A DNA stretch of 64,000 nucleotides. Source: Candidatus Binatia bacterium. Its GTDB lineage: Bacteria; Desulfobacterota; Binatia; UBA9968; CAXXLF01. Below are positions 62,291 through 64,000 of the stretch, one piece after another. The notes below the pieces were generated by a model. It was not told where the DNA came from and ran no database searches. It was given only the letters and a program-made list of their open reading frames with translations. The translations under genes were made by a program, and so were the position numbers. Within the stretch, counting starts at the first letter, position 1. Each line of letters opens with the position of its first letter. The DNA is taken from NCBI GenBank assembly GCA_963664015.2, contig CAXXLF010000001.1, positions 1,184,001 to 1,248,000 on the forward strand, read 5' to 3'.

Positions 62291-63157
62291 ATGAGATCGT
62301 CATCGTGGAAACTAAGCGCCATCGGAGCCGCATTGGGAATATGCGCCGTGATCGGCGCGGCGGGACAGAGCGCGGCCGGAGAGGCGAAGCGTTCCGGCTG
62401 GTACATAGGCGCGGGCGTCGGGTTGAACTGGACATCCGAGATGGAGCAGGCGGGCCGCAACCGGGACACCATCTGTTACCCGAACAACGATTGCACCGGC
62501 GCCGCGCCCGGGGGCTATCGATGGTACTACGACCTCCCTGCGGACGGCGGCGCCGCGTTCGAAATCTCAGCCGGCCGCATGTTCGACAGAGCGCGCCTGG
62601 AATTGTCTTTGACCGAGCGAAGAAACGACGTTGAACAAAAATTCACCGGCATCACCTACCTTGACGGATCCGCCATCGTACCTGACCCGGCGAGCAACTA
62701 TACGGAGTCCGCCGCGACCGAGATCGATCGTCTGACGGTGCGCACCGTTTCGCTCAACGTCTACTACGACTTCCCCCTTGCGAAGAGCCGGCTCACGCCT
62801 TACCTGGGCGCCGGAGTGGGTGTCTCTTTCGTCAAATTGTCGGGGCTGTATTACCACAGCCGATACTCGTGCAAGGATCCCTCATCGAATTGCGAGAGAC
62901 CCGAGCAGTACAACAGCCGGCAGGATGTCGACCTGTCCGATACCGTCCTCTCCAAGAGCCTCTACGCCGGCGTCGACTACCGCCTGAATGACAGTTTTCT
63001 GCTGGGCCTGAAGCTCTCTTACGGCCTGGTGGACGACATGGAGGACAAAAGCGGTTACTCCGAGCATGCGGTTCCCGGCCTCACCAGCCTCACCAAAATA
63101 AGCGACATGGACCACCTGTCTCTGATGCTCGCCCTGAAGTACCGGTTCGGCGACTGA
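62291..63157 (+). CDS. outer membrane beta-barrel protein with Cys-paired loops
   Basis: GGAGG RBS, signal peptide, GWYIGAGVG, LNVYYDF, PYLGAGVG, C-terminal KYRF; CYPNNDC and CKDPSSNC. Confidence 0.82.
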   Translation: MRSSSWKLSAIGAALGICAVIGAAGQSAAGEAKRSGWYIGAGVGLNWTSEMEQAGRNRDTICYPNNDCTGAAPGGYRWYYDLPADGGAAFEISAGRMFDRARLELSLTERRNDVEQKFTGITYLDGSAIVPDPASNYTESAATEIDRLTVRTVSLNVYYDFPLAKSRLTPYLGAGVGVSFVKLSGLYYHSRYSCKDPSSNCERPEQYNSRQDVDLSDTVLSKSLYAGVDYRLNDSFLLGLKLSYGLVDDMEDKSGYSEHAVPGLTSLTKISDMDHLSLMLALKYRFGD

Positions 63158-63287
63158 CGCCGCTCAACGTCCCCCTCGCCTGCGGCCGAGCCGCTAGACA
63201 ACGGGGGCGCCTTCCGTTGGCTTTGCCATCTTCGGCCTCACCAGCCACGCGCCGAGCGCCGGCAGGAGCACGATGGCCGCGACCATG

Positions 63288-64000
63288 CGTGTTAAGCCAT
63301 CAAAAAATCTAACCCTAGCGGGATTCGTTGCGTCATTACAAAATCTAACCGAAGTCGTCTCGCATCTGTCGTTTCATGTCCTGTTGTTGGCGCTGTAGTT
63401 TCTTGCTGAAGGTCCAGTTTCTCCACGGCGTTTGTTTCAGCGGTGGTCTCTCTCGTGGGGCTCTGTCTGCATGGCTGGCCAGCTTGTAGATCCGCTGCAG
63501 TTGCTGATCGATTCGGGTAGAGAGCTCGAAGGGATCAGTTGCCTTAAGCGTGTGCTTGAGGGCTGCCAGCTTTTTGGGGTCTCCCTTTCGGGACTCCACG
63601 ACCCGTTCGAACGGGGTACGAGGCGTGTCATAGCGGCGAATAAGTCGAGAGCCTATACGGATCTTGCATCGCAGCTTCATGGAGGGCTGGAACAGATTCT
63701 GGAAGATCCTAAGCTCATCATAGAGCTGGTTGGCGGCCTCTTGGGCCTTTGCGGTGTCGTAGCGATCCCAGCCCATAAGCTTTCTGACATGGGTCCAGTT
63801 TTTCTGCTCGATGTGCGCGTTGTCATCTTTTTTGTAGGGACGCGAGCGGGTGAACTGAATGGTGTGGCCAGCTGGGCGTTGTTGACAGAAGGCAAGAAGG
63901 CGGTTGTTGATAAACTCACTGCCGTTGTCGGAGTCGATCCCCTTGAGGGGAAAAGGAAGCTGGTGTTCGATCTCGGTGACCGCATTCAAGACACCCAAAG
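63288..64000 (-). mobile_element. insertion sequence, copy 2 (truncated by the window edge)
   Basis: Near-identical to 55681 onward; one T/A amino acid difference in the visible part. Confidence 0.9.

Overview
Bacterial chromosome segment of moderately high GC, with deltaproteobacterial-style gene order (Binatia-like by impression only). Bases 1-39.3 kb are mostly housekeeping: argBDFGH, xerC-hslVU, moaA, 2-oxoacid:ferredoxin oxidoreductase, hemW, ahcY/metK, PTS-Ntr/rpoN/lpt/kds/pyrG, phnDCE, nadK-recN. Two small accessory patches interrupt this: 9.7-13.4 kb, with a solo integron attC site and a hicBA pair, and 16.6-17.2 kb, a CBS gene broken by foreign AT-rich DNA. Everything after tRNA-Ala(GGC) at 39389-39464 is accessory. 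(i) An ~8.4 kb phage-satellite-like integrative element encodes a tyrosine integrase, Xis/AlpA/XRE regulators, a lambda-O-like initiator with its iteron origin inside the gene, an ArdC-like protein and unknown ORFs. It carries three att-like recombination sites rather than two; two of them are in-register inverted copies bracketing the replication module. (ii) A type I R-M operon has an HsdM that lacks the SAM-binding motif I. (iii) A promoter-driven 126-nt rod-like RNA precedes a lipoprotein gene. (iv) An IS-rich patch holds envelope/periplasmic protein genes. Single-base indels, including one in metK, suggest assembly errors, so frameshift pseudogene calls need read support. All family assignments come from motif recognition by eye, not database searches.
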